Below are positions 38,600 to 53,699 of a DNA stretch of 64,000 nt, one piece after another (position 1 is the stretch's first letter; every line of letters starts with the position of its first letter). Source of the stretch: Glaucostegus cemiculus (taxonomy: Eukaryota). The stretch is taken from the NCBI GenBank assembly GCA_976551045.1, contig CDPCPM010000052.1, positions 10,044,001-10,108,000 on the forward strand. Direction: 5' to 3'. The notes beneath the pieces were generated by a model, which saw nothing but the letters and a program-made list of their open reading frames with translations, made no database searches and was not told the origin of the DNA. The position numbers were made by a program, and so were the translations under genes.

Positions 38600-39710
38600 G
38601 GTGTTGTTCTCTGTTTCTGGTGCCAGTGGCAGTTATTACTCCTGGTTTGGGTCTCAGTTACTGCTCTCAATGTCAGTTTCTACTCCCTGTATCAATTACT
38701 GCTCCTGCTGTTAGTGGCATTTGCTACTACTATATTTAGTTGCTGCTACTAGTGCCATGTATTGTTCCCAGTGTTGGTGTCAGTTACTGTTCTGGGTACC
38801 AGCTCCTGATCCTGGTGACTAATCTTTTGGTTACCTATTGCTACTGTCATCAGTTATTGTTCCAGGTATCAATGTCAGTTCCTGCTCCCAGTACTTGTGA
38901 CTACTTCTATTGACTACTGCTGCTGAATTGGTATCAGCTGGAACTCCCTCAATCAGCTACTGCTCCCAGAGTCAGCTAATGCTCCAGGTGAGAGTTATTG
39001 TACCTGGAGTTGATGTCAGTTACTATACCTGATGCTGGTTACTGCTCCTGGTGTCAGATCCTGCTCCCAGTATCATTTATGCTCTTCCATTATTTCCTGC
39101 TCCCATAGTTGGTTACTGCTACTAGTATCAGTTATTGTTGGTTATTGCTCCCACTGTTAGTATCTGTTACTTCTCCTAGTGTTGGTATTAGTTACTATTC
39201 CTGACATCAGCAACTTATACCAGTATTGGTTACCGCTCCCAGTATCAATGACTGCTCCTATAGTTAGTTACTGCTATCAGTGTCAGTTACCATTCCTGGT
39301 ATTGGTTACTGTTCCTGTTATGGTGCCCACGCAGGATGTGGGTAAATGGGTGATTGTGTGTAAATGGGATGGTCAGTGTGGATTCGGTGGGCAGAAAGGC
39401 CTGGTTTCATGCCGCATCAATCGACAAGTTACTGCTCCCAGTCATAGTTACTGCTCCCACCGTAAGTTTCCAATCCCAGTATCGATTACTGTCCACTACG
39501 TCAGTTGCTGCTCCCAGTGTCAGTTACTACTCACTCTCGGTTACTATTCACAGTATCAGTTATTGCTCCCACTGTCAGTTGTTCTCATTGTCAGTGACTG
39601 GTCTTGTTCTGTTGTCAGTAACAGCTCCTGATGTCAGTTACTACTACTGGTGTCACTGTCAGTTAGTGCTCCTGGTGTTGGTGTCAGTACCTGCCCCATA
39701 ACAATGTCAG
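38600..39710. repeat. Degenerate minisatellite, core ttactgctcccagtgtcag (about 24-30 bp period)
   Basis: Dozens of variants of cagttactgctcc(c/t)(a/g)gt, interrupted at about 39320-39425 by a CR1/SINE tail fragment (gggcagaaaggcctggtttc). Confidence 0.85.
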
Positions 39711-39729
39711 TTTTCATATTTCTTATAAT

Positions 39730-40100
39730 TTAAGAGACTGTTTGGCCCTTCAAGTCTATGCAACTATTGGAGTATCCCATTAGTCTCATTCCCCTACTTA
39801 TTTAATGTCACAGGCCCATCAACTCCACCTTAATTCCCTTTCCAACTACACCAGGGTTAATTTGAAGTGGCCATTTTGCCTCCAAACCTGCACCCATTTA
39901 CATCAATTCCACACTAATTCCGACATTCCTAGATCCCCTATTCATCTATGCACCAGCAATTTATGACGGCCAATTGATCATCCAATTCACGTGCCCTTGG
40001 AAACTGGAGTAGCTTGAGGTCACGCGGAGAACATACAAACTCTACACAGACAGCATTGGAGGTCAGTATGTGAGACAGCAACACTGTGCCATTGTGCCTC
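39730..40100 (-). mobile_element. V-domain SINE (decayed)
   Basis: ggagaacatacaaactctacacagacagc...ggaggtcag and ggaaactggagta are reverse complements of the V-domain. Confidence 0.65.
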
Positions 40101-41461
40101 CCATTGGGAGTTACAGCTCCAGGATCAGTAGTTCACAATATTTCTCTGTGTCAGGTATTCAGATATAGGCAACTGCTACAACACTGAGCCTTCAAATTAC
40201 CTCAGCATCATTCTCTTCATTGCATCAATTGTCACTGCACAGAAAAAAAACTAACAGAAAGTCACATGGGCTACTTTCATCTGTGGATCCAAACTGGGTT
40301 TAAGACTCCCTCCAGGGACTCAAAGACTCCAAGCCAATGCTCTGTGTTATCCTGAGTGAGGACAGCCCAGCCAGAAGGCTCTTCTCATGCTGTGATGTTA
40401 AGCTGATTTCTTAACTGTATTTTTAGATGACTGTAGGTTCACAGAGCCAATGTGTTGAAGAGCAAGATGTTTTGATTTCTCCCTGGTGTCTTCATTCCTG
40501 GAATTCCCTCCTGGAGTCTCTCCATCTCACTGCCTCTCCATCCTTCCTTAAGGCACTCTTTAAAACCTGACTCCTTGACTAATTTTTTGGTCACTTGCCC
40601 TAATATTCCATTCTGTTGCTTAGTGTCAAGCCTTCCTCTGGTACACCTTGGTACGTTAACAATGCTTTATAAATGCACGTGTCAGTGTTGTTATGTCTTG
40701 ACCAACCTACAGATTGGACTGTAGTAGAAATGTTCCAGCTTCATGAACCAATAGGGATGTACTACAAGGTATCAGGGAGAGAATAAAGTGCCCAATTGCA
40801 CATAATTCACTTTGTTGTTACTGACAGATCTCAATGCTCTGATTTAGGGATTCATCTACCAAGAAGGCAACCACACTGAGAGAAGGTCTTTCCAGACTCC
40901 CAAGCCCATAATATTGAAAGTGTAATATCAAACAATTATAGTCACAGAAAGCATACCAGAGTTGCCAGCTTTGGTTAGATGTATTCCTGGGGCTTTTATC
41001 ACATGGCATCTCAATGTTCAACCAAGGCAAACATTCCTTCCCCTCTCTAACATGTTATCTAAATTCCCCGTGATTTTCCTCCCTGTATTCTGCTCACATT
41101 GGTAGCCAGGGGATTAGTCTACAATTCCGGGTGAATCCAAGGCAGTCTTGCAAGGTTGGGAATCCTGCTGAGTAAAATCTCCAGATGTTAGGAAGGACTC
41201 GGGGGTGGGGGCGGAGTTTAGGGAGGGCCTGTGGGCTGGAGTTTGCACACACCATCATTACAGAGAAGCAGAAGCAAACACCATGAGCAAAACTTCCAAC
41301 ATAGATTCCAAGCCCAGAAGCTGTCATTATCTTACAGAGTGATCACTGACCCAATTCCCTTTGCATTTTGCCCTTCTCGTGGCAAAAGTGCTTAGTTGAT
41401 TTTCAGTGCCATCTGCTGTAATTAAAACCAAAATAAATCTCATAAGTGGTTGAGAAATTCA

Positions 41462-42260
<799 letters not shown>

Positions 42261-43494
42261 CACAGGCGTGCCAACAATAGAATTTAAGCACACCCTTTAC
42301 TAAAGATTTAGAAGCACTATTCTTGGAAAAATCCTAGATGATTATTTATAGTTCAATTTAACCTGGGTAGTTAAGTGACACAGACATAAATTTAAACAAA
42401 GTATAGTGCAAGGTCATCATATGGTGTTTAGAGTTGCCAGCCCTCCAACATTTTCTGGACCGTTCAGGAACTAAACATCACACCACCACAGCAAGCAACC
42501 CAGGAGAACACTCATAAAGCCACTGCATTTTCTACATTACAGCAGTTACTGCATTCCAAAAGTCGATGTCACAGTGCTCTGGAACATCCCGAGGCCCCCC
42601 TTTTTAACCTACTCTTACATTTCTGGGATGAAGCAAGGTACCACCCTCCCTGAAGATGTTAAGTATCAATCACTTGGTTAAGGAGTTGTCATATGTCCAG
42701 AAAGGCAAAGAAATTTTCCATCTCTGAGGAGCATTTTTAATCATTTGCGTTCTTACAAAACTTTTTCAACGCATCCTCACAAATTAGCAAGTTTGTTAAA
42801 TTGTTTCAGAATCTGTCGCAGTGCAACAAGACAACTCAAGGCTTTGTCGGGATGTTTTGTGTTCAGCTGGAAGTAAAAGATCCTTTGGGATCATTCACAG
42901 AAAGAGCAACAAATTTTTTCAAAGTTCTGGATCAACATTCCTCCCTCAACAACACCTTCAAAAATCCAATTAAATGTCATTCATCTCATTTGTCATCGGT
43001 GGGACCTGGATGTGTACAAATGAATTGCCACATTCACTGACAGCATCTCAAAAGTGCTTTAGTTTGGGATTTCCTGAGAATGCGGCCAACAGGGCAACAA
43101 TGAACTCCTTATAAAAACTTTCTGCCCTCAATCAGGAACCCTCTTGTGAGACAGTTGGGATCACTCTCCCCACAAAAAGCTGCAGATGCTGGAGGATGAG
43201 TGAACATTTCAAACTGAGATAAATTTTTGACAGGTTTGGGTATTTCAAAATATAGAACCAACGTGGATAAACAGAGTTAAGGTACAGATCTAATTGGATG
43301 GTGGAATGAACTTGAGGCTCAAGGGCCTGCTCTTATTCCTCGTGAAGTGGATGTCTCAATTTCTGTGCACACACAAAAAGAACATCAGATTTCCTTTTAC
43401 TTTCTGATTTAACTGTGGGAAATGCCATCACATATTGCAATGGATAATATGGAACTTTAACTATGTGCTCCTCCAGCCTATCCATGAGCTGAAG

Positions 43495-43620
43495 TAGATA
43501 GAATATTGCCAGCTGGTTAGAACAGAGGTGGAATTTCTGCCTGTAGATTTAAGAACCTAGATAGAATATTGCCAGCTGGTTAGAACAGAGGTGGAATTTC
43601 TGCCTGTAGATTTAAGAACC
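43495..43620. repeat. Perfect 63-bp tandem duplication
   Basis: tagatagaatattgccagctggttagaacagaggtggaatttctgcctgtagatttaagaacc at 43495-43557 and 43558-43620. Confidence 0.97.
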
Positions 43621-43879
43621 TGGGTGGTCACCACTGAATCAGGTTAAAATGCAATGCCATAATGCCCAGTGTGAAACTCACGTCTCAATTTTACATTGGT
43701 GTTCATTGTTTAAGAATATCCAATAGATCATGTTGCTTTGTAAATAATATACCAAATGGTATGGCAGATATGTGACTGGATCCTACTGTAATTTTTGATG
43801 TCTTTTCTGGAAATAAGCAAGACAATAACAAATCCTGCGATATTCTCAACTGAATGAGGAAGTTTTTGGCAGATGTTAA

Positions 43880-44155
43880 ATATTAAGAATATACAAAATA
43901 GAATCAGGAGTAAGTCATGTTATCCCTCAAACTTGCTTTGCTGTTCAATAAGGTCATGGCTGATCTTATACTAAACCTCCATATTCCAATCTTATCCCTA
44001 TATTCCCTGTTTCTCAGTGTCCAAAAATTCATCAATCTCAGCCTTGAGTATACTCTGAGAGGGAGCATACTCAGCTTTTTGGGGTATGGACTTCCAGAGA
44101 CCCACAAGTGTCTGAGAGAAGAAATTTTTCCTCAACTCATTTCTAAATGGTAGAC
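43880..44155 (-). mobile_element. CR1 3' end
   Basis: PFRNELRKNFFSQTLVGLWKSIPQKA...KAEIDEFL, with the aggtcatggctgatc tail. Confidence 0.8.
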
Positions 44156-44519
44156 CCTTTATATCCAATAAAGTATGCATGAATTTACCCAAAGCAGGGT
44201 TGTGATTGATTTATCATCCTATCTGCCGCATTGACATCATAAGGTAGATAATTGACTTACTATTCATTGATGAGTATAAGGATTTTGGATTAGACTGTAA
44301 TGGAAAGTCATATTTCTATTTCATTTCTTCTGGCAGATGATCCACGTTGCCAGCTGGCGGCAAATCAGAAATCTAACCCCACAGCGTCAGGATACTGAGG
44401 TAGACATCTGGCCATCAGTGGAATACAAAATAGGCTTAAATTCAAAAAGTCATAGAGATCTATCTACAGGCCCCCAACCCCTAATCTTGAACACATAATT
44501 CAGACAAACTTACCCGGTA

Positions 44520-44823
44520 CAGTGCTGTCTGAAATGCTGTTCTTCCGATAAAACATCGAGCTGTGTCTGTTTTCTCAGGTGCATATAAAAGATTTCATGC
44601 TATGTTGAAGGGAGTAGGAGCAGGATAAATATCCCCAGTCTCCTAAACAACAAGCAAAAAAAAGTGATTTAATCATAACCTGATCATTATCATATTATAT
44701 TCTGTGGAGCTTGCTGTGCACAAAATGGCTGCTGAAGCTCTTATTTTACTTCAATAATTGCAATTCGCAAGTATATTTTGGTTTTAAGTTGCATTGGTAC
44801 ATCATAAGGTTGTGAAAGGGGCT

Positions 44824-44825
<2 letters not shown>
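44520..44825 (+). mobile_element. Deu-domain SINE followed by a (GA)n(GT)n microsatellite (44824-44884)
   Basis: ctcaggtgcatataaaagatttcatg...gtggagcttgctgtgcacaaaatggctgc...ggttgtgaaagggct. Confidence 0.7.
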
Positions 44826-44859
<34 letters not shown>

Positions 44860-47146
44860 TGTGTGCGTGTGTGTGCGTGTGCGTGTTGTTCATATGGACA
44901 GAATCAAGGAGATGGCCTCCCCGAAGCGACATCTCTATTCAAGGCAGGGATGGAATGTTGTCTGAGCATAAGCCAAAAGCTCTTTTGAGAGGACCTGGCT
45001 TCCATCTAATTTCCTTAGTCGCAGTGCTTACCCATTCATGGTATGTGAATTGTCGTAAGTGAACAGTGACTGATCTCATTCCAGCTCTTCACATTGCCAC
45101 AGAGTAGAAAAATCAATCCCCAGTTGAATCAAGTATGTATATTCACTCTCAGCTCGGCACCCTGCCAAGTTCCTTTCTACACCATGGTTCCATTCTTAAG
45201 CCTAAAGCAAGATGTGTGTGTTTCTTGTTAGCAATACATCAGTGGATCCCAGTGATTCCAGGTAAGTTGGAAAGCTGACAGAAGGTTGTCCACATGCACC
45301 AAGTTTTTGTTAGTCTGTCAACAGAGGTTACATTACCAACAAGTTATCCCTTTGGTTGAAGGTAGTCTTAAAGAAAGAGTAGGGTAGAAGGGTTAGAAAA
45401 ACATTTCCTGAATCTGAATGTTGTAGCCAAGGGAGAGAGGGATGGACATTGTCATGTTTGGAGGAATTAGATGTTCAGAGGAGGGGGTTATGGGCTGAGA
45501 GGAGATTACATAGATTAAGAGGGTTTAGGCCACGGAAGGATTTGGATGCAGTTATATTTTTAAACATAAGGCACAGGGATATATGATTGAAGAACATGAA
45601 TGATGAATGTGGCTGCAAGCTGGCGTTCAAACCCACAACACTCCTGACCACAAGTCATGAATCTCAGTGATAGGGTTATGTTGGACCTCTATCAAGGGAA
45701 CCTGTAGGTTCCCTAGAAAATTCCCAGAACTTGTTTTGGAAACTGCACAGTCCTGGGAGGAGACCACCTCAACTGGTTCCATGTTAAAGTATATGTCGTT
45801 GGGGTTCTTGTATGGAGTACTGTATTGAGATAAATCACTTTTGTAGTTCATAAACTTAAATATTATTAGAAAGAGATTCTTATTCAGGGACTGCTCACTA
45901 TGCTTCCAGTCTAATGGATCAAAACTGACAATTCTTTCATCCAGGATTACCGCATAACTATACTGGGAAATGTTAGAATGTGTCACAGCTTGCTGCATTC
46001 CTGACTATTTAACATTAGAAATCAGAGAAGACCAGTGTCTAAAATCAGGCAATTACAAAGTTGTTTTCCCAATGTATCTGTCAAGGATTCATGCCCTAAG
46101 GGTCTTTCCAGCTTAAGTTCAGATCCTGTTAGTTTTTAATCGGAGTGAAAGCAAAGGAAACAACTCAATACCACAACTGCTTACAATGTACCTACCTAAA
46201 CAGTGGTAGTCATGGAATCAAACCTCGGATTCCAGTACCAACCCTGAGGGAATCCTGAAATCAAGATGCTGACTTTCATATAGGATGATAACCAAACTTC
46301 CTAAATGCCCTCTCATGGATGGAAGTTGAACCTGTGATTTCCTTTTATAGTGTACCCACTAGCCACAGCTGTACTCTGCAGTCACAGAACCATTTGATCC
46401 ATCATCCTGTGCCTCCCCAAGAAAAGAGTTATCCAATTAGTGCCACGTCTGCCCACTCTTTATCCATACCTCGGCAATTATCTTTTCTCTTGTGACATTC
46501 ACAAAGTATTTTTTTTATTTTCAGCTGCATTTTAAACTTGTTTAAAACTGTGTAACAATAAGACTATAAACCCTCAGTTCCATTGATGTGCAGTTCTGTC
46601 CAACATAAAAGAAGAAATTACATTTACAATATACAGCTATTGCACGATACAAAATCCAGAGACTGCACTTCCCCATGTTCTCATCTATAAATAGAGAAAG
46701 ACTGCAGGTTAAAAACAATTTATTCAATTGGTCCAAACAGACTGAACTCTAGTTAGTAGTATTAATAGCAGCTCCGCTCTTATTCCAATCCTAAGATGCT
46801 TTGTTAATTATGGATATGAAGAAAAAGAACCATATAAATTGATTTTATTCTGTCCACCCCCACCAGACCACCAACTTCCTCTCACACCTCCCCCCAACCC
46901 TGCATTTGTGCAGAAGAAGGGCTGTTTGGTGTTCCAACTGCTTCTGGTGCCCGATCCCACCTTCTCTATTCCCTATTTATAATGAATTTCTGTGGCAAAG
47001 GGGAAACAGGAGGCTGGGGGAAGGGGGAGGGGAGGAATTGAGATTAACACTTTCAAAGAGTTGACATAGTGACAGTGGGATGAATGGCCTTCAGTTCTGT
47101 TGCATGTCCTCTGGAATCTGCAGTTTTCTGCCTTTCAGCTACTTAT

Positions 47147-47199
47147 ACAATTACTTTTGAAAGTTATAATTGGACAATTACTTTTGAAAGTTATAATTG
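47147..47199. repeat. 27-bp tandem duplication within a decayed CR1 tail
   Basis: acaattacttttgaaagttataattg occurs twice. Confidence 0.9.
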
Positions 47200-48692
47200 A
47201 ATCTGCTTCTACCAGCCTTTCAGGCAGCAAATTCTATATCAGAATAACTGGTTGAATAAAATGAAATCTTCACATCTCACCCCCACCACCACCCACACAC
47301 CCCATCACTCACCTTAAATCTGTAACATCAGCTTACTGACACTCCTCCCTCTCAAAACCCTCCAATTTTGTAACATCGCTTGTCAAATCTCCTCAAAGCC
47401 TTTCTCTGCTTTAATTATATGTAGGTGGTGGCATCATGCATTCAGTTTTATTAATAAAGGAATATTTTATTATCACCACTTTATTATGTTTTTATTTCTC
47501 CAAAGATAAGAATAGCAAGCCAGAGCGAATACAGCTCCTCATGCTGTGTGTCCTTTTCATTGTTCTGATTAGAGGTGGCTCCAAGACCCAGATGTATGTT
47601 ATATATATCCCTTCTCACAGGGAACTTAAATTAATTTAAGAATCTTTCATTTGGTTCAAATATAATTAGGAGGAAAGCTGGGTATCAAAGTAAATCTAGA
47701 AGACTCTTTCTTCTCCTGGGATTTGATTTTCATTTGGGTGAAGACCTCCCTCTTCTGTTGAATGTGTTTGGTAAGTCTGCAGTTGCTTTTATTCCAGTGC
47801 TTGCTTCATTGTTTGGGAAAATGATGTCAAATTAGTTGACTTCTTGGGTTCTACTGTAACCTTATCCTTGCAACAAATCTGTAGGTAACATGGAAACTAG
47901 GTTATGTTGAGTTAAGGAAGGCATCAGTTTCATCCATGAGATCATGCAAAACCAGCTCAAGCCAAATTAAAATAATTTGTATTTATATAACAAAATTGTG
48001 TATTTAGATAGCATCTGAGTGATGTTGAATGAACTGATGAGGTAGGTAAAACTGGGCCTGTCCTTGGGGCCAGAACTGGAGGGGGTTGAGATCTCAGGTA
48101 GTTGTGGGGTTGTTCTGGGTAACAGAGATAGGTAGGTTATGAAGGAATATGACAGCAAGAGTAGTTTCTGTAGTGCAATGAAATGACCCAGGTTTCCTCA
48201 CAGGAGTGAACAAATTGTGACACCCAGCAATAAGTGGGCACATTAGGGCAGGTGATTTAAAAGCGTGGTGAAATAGGTGGATTTTAGAACTGGCTTAAAT
48301 GAGGGACAGCTACAGAGAGGCACAGAGGGTTAAGAGGGCTTAGGGTCCAGCTGAAGCCACAGCTACCAAAGGTGGATCAATGCAAGTCGGGAACATGCAA
48401 CAGCCATTTCTTGTCACCTACACCGCCCCCCCCCCCCAAATCTGTCACCATGAAAATGGAAATAAAATTTGACTCTTTGTGAAAACACCCCTACTTCAAT
48501 GGCATGACTCAATGCATAGCCCCTTTCATCTCAGAATCAGAAGACTATGGGTGAAAGTCCATGCCACAAATTTAAATGCAAAGTAAAGGCTGACATTCCT
48601 GTTGGAGATGCCATCTGTCTGCTTAGGTGGGACATTAAAACTTCCAGATAACAGAGACCTGGGAAACCAAGAGGCTACTGACATTAGTAGTT

Positions 48693-50040
48693 CTAGAGTC
48701 ATGAAGCTGAAAGTACAGGAGTGGACCCTCTCGGCCCACCCTGCCCATGCCGACCGCAATGCCTATCTACACTAATCCCATTTTCCTGCATTAAGCCCCT
48801 ATCCATCCACTCCTTTCTTATCCAACAACATGTTCAAATGCCTTTTTAACACTGTAATTGTGTCTGCCTCTATTACTTCCTCTGGCAGCTTGTTCCAGAT
48901 AACCATCACACTCTGTGTAAAAACCTTGCCCCTCAGATAGCCTTTAAATTTCCCCTCTCACCCTAAACCTGCATCCTCTATTTTTAGACTCCTCCATTCC
49001 AGGCAACATCCTGGTGAACCTCTTCTGCCCTCTCTCTATTTCTACCAAATCTTTCTTGTAGTGTGACGACCAGAATTGCACACAATATTCCAAGAGCAGC
49101 CTGAACAGTGTTTAGTACAGATGCAACATGACTTCCCAACTGTTCTACTTGCAGCCTGTTAAGGCAAGAATGCTGCATGCTTTCTTCGCTACCCTATCCA
49201 CCTCTGTTGCCATTTTCAGAGAGCCATAAACTTAAGGTCCCTTCATATAAGGTCTCTGTCATTTATTGCATTTGTCTTGTTAGCATTTGACATCCCAAAA
49301 TGCAATACCTCACACTATCTGGATTAAATTCAATCCGCCACCACTCACTACACTTAACTTTTCAACTCTGTATGTTCCCACAACCTCCTTTGCTATCTAC
49401 TACACCACCAATTTTTGTGTCATCAGTAAACTTTCTAATCAGTCCACCTATATTCTTATCCAAGTCTTATATATATAAATGGTCCCAGCACCAATCCCTG
49501 TGGTACCCACTGGTTATATAGACTTCCAATCAGCAAAACACCACTTGACCACTATCCTCTGCCTCTGATCACCAAGCCTATTTTGCATCCAGTTTGCCCA
49601 CATACCCTGGATCCCATGTGCATTAACTTTCTGGAATAGCCTACCATGTGGGACTTTGTCAAAAGCCTTGGTAAAATTCATGTAAACCACATCTACCATA
49701 CTGCATTCATCAATTTTCTTAGTTACCTTCTCAAAAAATTCAGTCAGATTTATGAGATAGGATTTTCCCTGCACAAAACCATGTTGACTCCACCTAATCA
49801 GTCCATCCGTTTCCAAGCAGAAATTTTTCCAATAATTTCCCTACTATCAATGTCAGGTTCATTAGCCTGTAGTTCGCTGGCTTAACCCTACTGCCCTTTC
49901 TGAATAAACGAACGACATTAGCTATCCTCCAGTCTCTGGCACCTCACCCCTCAGTAATGAAGGTGCAAATATCTCTGTTATTGCCCCAAAAATCTCTTCC
50001 CTTGCTTTCCATAGCATCCCGGGATAGATCCCGTCAGGTG
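48693..50040 (-). mobile_element. CR1-type LINE fragment (RT region, frameshifted)
   Basis: SQHGFVQGKSYLINLTEFFEKVTKKIDECSMVDVVYMNFTKAFDKVPHGRL and PDGIYPGMLWKAREEI, with tail ctctcggcccacc. Confidence 0.85.
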
Positions 50041-50079
50041 GGAAAATTCTATTAGTAAGGAAGTGAAAACAAAAGCCTA

Positions 50080-51180
50080 AGGAAAAATCAATAGGATTAG
50101 GCAAAATCAACATCAAAATTGTGTTTCACAAACCTACTGGAGTTTTTTTTTTGAGGATGTAAATGGTAAGATTGATAAGGGTGAACCAGTAGATATAGTG
50201 TATTTGGATTTTAAGATTTTGAATAAAGTCCCACATGTGCGCAAACTGAAAGCTCAAGGGATTGAAGGTAATGTATAAATATGGATTGAAATTCGTTGAC
50301 AGACATAAAACTGAGAGTAGGAATAAAAGATTATTCTGTAAGGTAGCGGGTGCTGTTTGGGCCCCAACTACTCACAATATATAGCAATGATTTGGATTAG
50401 GGAACCATTTGGAATATTTCAGAGTTTGCTGATGACACAAAGCTAGATGGGATTGTGAGTTCAGAGGAAGATGCAAAGTGGCTTCAAGGCAATTTAGGAA
50501 GTTGAGTGAGTGGTTAAATACATGGCAGATATTGTACTACATGGTTAAAAGTGAAGTTAGAGTTAACACAAAGGCAGAGAATTGTTTAAACGGTGATAAA
50601 CTGGGAAATGTTGATGGCCTTGTGAGTCAATCATCAAAAGTAAACATACAGGTTCAACAAGAGGTGAAGAAGGCAAATGGTAGGTTGACATTTGTTCAAG
50701 GTTTTGAGTACCGGTGCAAGGATACTCTACTACAGCTGTGCAGGGCCTTGGTGAGACCACACCTCAAGTACTGTGTGCAGTTTTGATCTCCAAACCTGAG
50801 AAAGGATATACCTGCTATTCAGGAAGTGCAACGAAGATTCAGCAGACCGATCTGGCGACAATGGAACTCTCATACAAGCAGAGATTGTGTTGAGTAGGCC
50901 TATATATTCACTAGACTTTAGAGAAATGAGAGGAGATCTCATTGACACATACAATATTGTGATAGGGCCTGATAGACTGGATACAGGGAGATGGTTCCCC
51001 CAGCTGGAGGACCTAGAACAAGGGGCCACAGCCCTACTACAGAGGATAAAATATTTATTATCAAGATGAGAAGACATTTCTTCATTCAGAAGGTGGTGAA
51101 TTGTGAAATTCTCTATACAGTGGGGTAAGAGGCCAAGTTGCTGAATGTGAGAAGGAAAAAGGTAGATTTCTAGACACACA
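50080..51180 (+). mobile_element. CR1-type LINE fragment, different subfamily, opposite orientation
   Basis: aacctactggagttt...gataagggtgaaccagtagatatagtgtatttggattt, tttgctgatgacacaaag (FADDTK), LVRPHLKYCVQF and MRGDLIDTY. Confidence 0.85.
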
Positions 51181-53699
51181 CAGAAGGGTAGTTGTCCCTA
51201 GTATTCTGGTCAATATTTATTCTTCATTCAACTGCAGTAGAACAGATTACTGATTCAAAATCAAAATGTATATGACACAATGGCTGTCTCTTTCATTTCA
51301 ACGGTGACAGGGCTTCAAAAGTACTTCCTTCAGTGTCAAAGCTTTGGGACAAATTGATGTCATGAAAAGCACTACATAAATGCAATTTCTTTCTCATTCA
51401 GCATTGCAAGTGCAGACTTTCCTATAACAAGAATAACTTTGTATAACATCAGTTCTTTAGTTTTATTAGGCTATTCAAGTTTGTTCATGTTTGTTAAATG
51501 TAGCTTGGGTGCAGGGTGCCATGTCTCGTAGGATATAATCCACCCCACACCTTGCCACTGCTTCATGAGTATATCCATTCCAATGCCACCTTCCAACACC
51601 AATCAGAAAGTCAGAGACTCATTGTTGGACTGAATGGTATTTCACTGTTTATTATGCAGCCTTTGTTCCCAAGACCTACAGTTTTTGTAAGCAACAATAA
51701 AGTTCTAAGGAAAAAATTTAAACACTCAATTATACAGTATTATTGCTGCTGCAATTTTTGACTTGGGAATTACAGCCTTCTCTTGGTTTTTTTTGTTTAA
51801 TTCCTGGAGAGCTTGAAGCAATCCAGAAGACTGGAAACCTTACTTAGGATAGACAAGAGCAGCCTGCTGCTAGTGTTGTGAAGAAAGTCAGCAGTATATT
51901 GGTGTTAATCAAAGGCAGCAGCTTGGGGTAAATTAATGGGATCTCTGGAGGATACTGTAGATTCCCAGAGACAAGCAGGACAGATGAACTGAGCAACAAC
52001 ATTGTCCCAGTGGTCCTTTAAATAATAACTTTGTTCATAAGATAGATGGTTTCTTTTGAAATATATTTGGGAAGCATCATTAACTATTTATTGCTCTGCT
52101 TAATTTTTTCATACCTTCATAAGACCATAGAAAGAGTAGGAAACTATTAATCACTTCAAATCTGTTCCATCATTAAATTTGATTATTGCTGATCCATATA
52201 TCAAATCCATCTGATTTGCAACCCTTAATTCCTGTACTGTGGTTGAGATTCATCCATCAACCAACAATGCTATCATAATCAGGTTATTATTGCTTTGCAT
52301 TTTGCAGGACCAGCTGCACACAAATTGGCTGTCACATTTCCAACATGAGCAGTGAGAAACGTACTTTAAAGGTTCTTGTCTATTATCCACTATCAAAGCT
52401 TGACACTGTGAAAGCTTCAAAAGATGCTGTTTTTCTTTCTTGCCTAACAATCTCAGATTCTGTATCAAAGCAATAGAGTTAACTTACTACACCTAGGTGT
52501 TTGGACAATGAAGGGACCTGTTGAAATAAATTGTATAATATAGTGAAAGAATATGCAACTAATTTGTGCTGATGTTTTAATTCAGAAAAATAGGGGTCTT
52601 TGGGTTTGAGAGCCCATAGCTGAATGCCCATTGGTCCCTTTGGAACCAATAGGCTTTTAGCCACAGACTCTCAAACCAGGCCAATTGGACCAATGACCTG
52701 AATAGATTCTGATCGACGCTTATTTTCTCTGAAACTGAATGGCAGCACCAATGGGAGCATATCCTGTGAAAGAGTTCCAACTCTAATGCAACATACACAA
52801 AAAACTATTTAGAAAACCTGTTTAGAACCATCAAACTAAAAAAACCAGATTGAATGTGTGTTAACTGATCAAATAAAAAAGATTGGTCTTTCAAAATTTT
52901 TTGGTTTAAAATATTTTGATTAGATATACCTCAGCCTTATGAACAAGTAAATAAATGCCATATTATATAATGTATTAATTTAAGCCTGGTTATCATTCTC
53001 GTGAATCTGCCAAGACCAATATACCAAAACTGAACCTGAATCTCTGGATGGATTCTGGCCAGTGCTCAACAGAACTAATGAGTCACTCTTCATTTCTGTA
53101 TTTCAACTCCCCTTTGTCTTTTGTCCCTGTATTTTTGCTTTAAATAAGTTTTACGTATTGAATGTAAATCTCTTCACTTCTCAACAGTGCCTTGTCTCTC
53201 ACCATTGAGAAAATGTTCTGATTTCTCTTTCCTAAATCCCAATGACCTTGTCCTTGCCCACACTGAGCTCCATATACCATAGTTTTCTTTTTTTGACACC
53301 TTAGTTCTCTGATTATTCAAACACACATCTGGTTGGTCTCCTTGTAATCAAGAAGTCACCCTATATTCTGCTGTCCATTTCCTAATTCACACTAATTCCC
53401 TTTGACCCATCTGGTATTATTTAAAGGCCTTGTCTATCCCTATCTCTGTAAACTCCTCCAACCCTGAGCTCCCCACTAATTCTGGCTCTTGTTTCATCGC
53501 CGATTTTATCTGCTCCACAATTAATAGCTATGGCAAATACCTTAAGCACTTTCCTCCTCTAAGATGTTCGTTAAAACACACTCCTTTGATCAAGCTTTTG
53601 GTCAATTGCAGTTTTACAGCTGTATCAAATTTTGTTTCTCACAATCCTGTATACTGTGAAGTACCTTGGAATGTTTTATTATTCTTAAAGATGCTATAA

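Noticed and set aside
39179-39701. Cys/Ser/Val-rich ORFs
   Set aside because: Translations of the degenerate minisatellite.
48693-51180. Back-to-back CR1 fragments as one element with a 5' inversion
   Set aside because: Both halves cover the same RT region and differ in sequence, so they are independent insertions.
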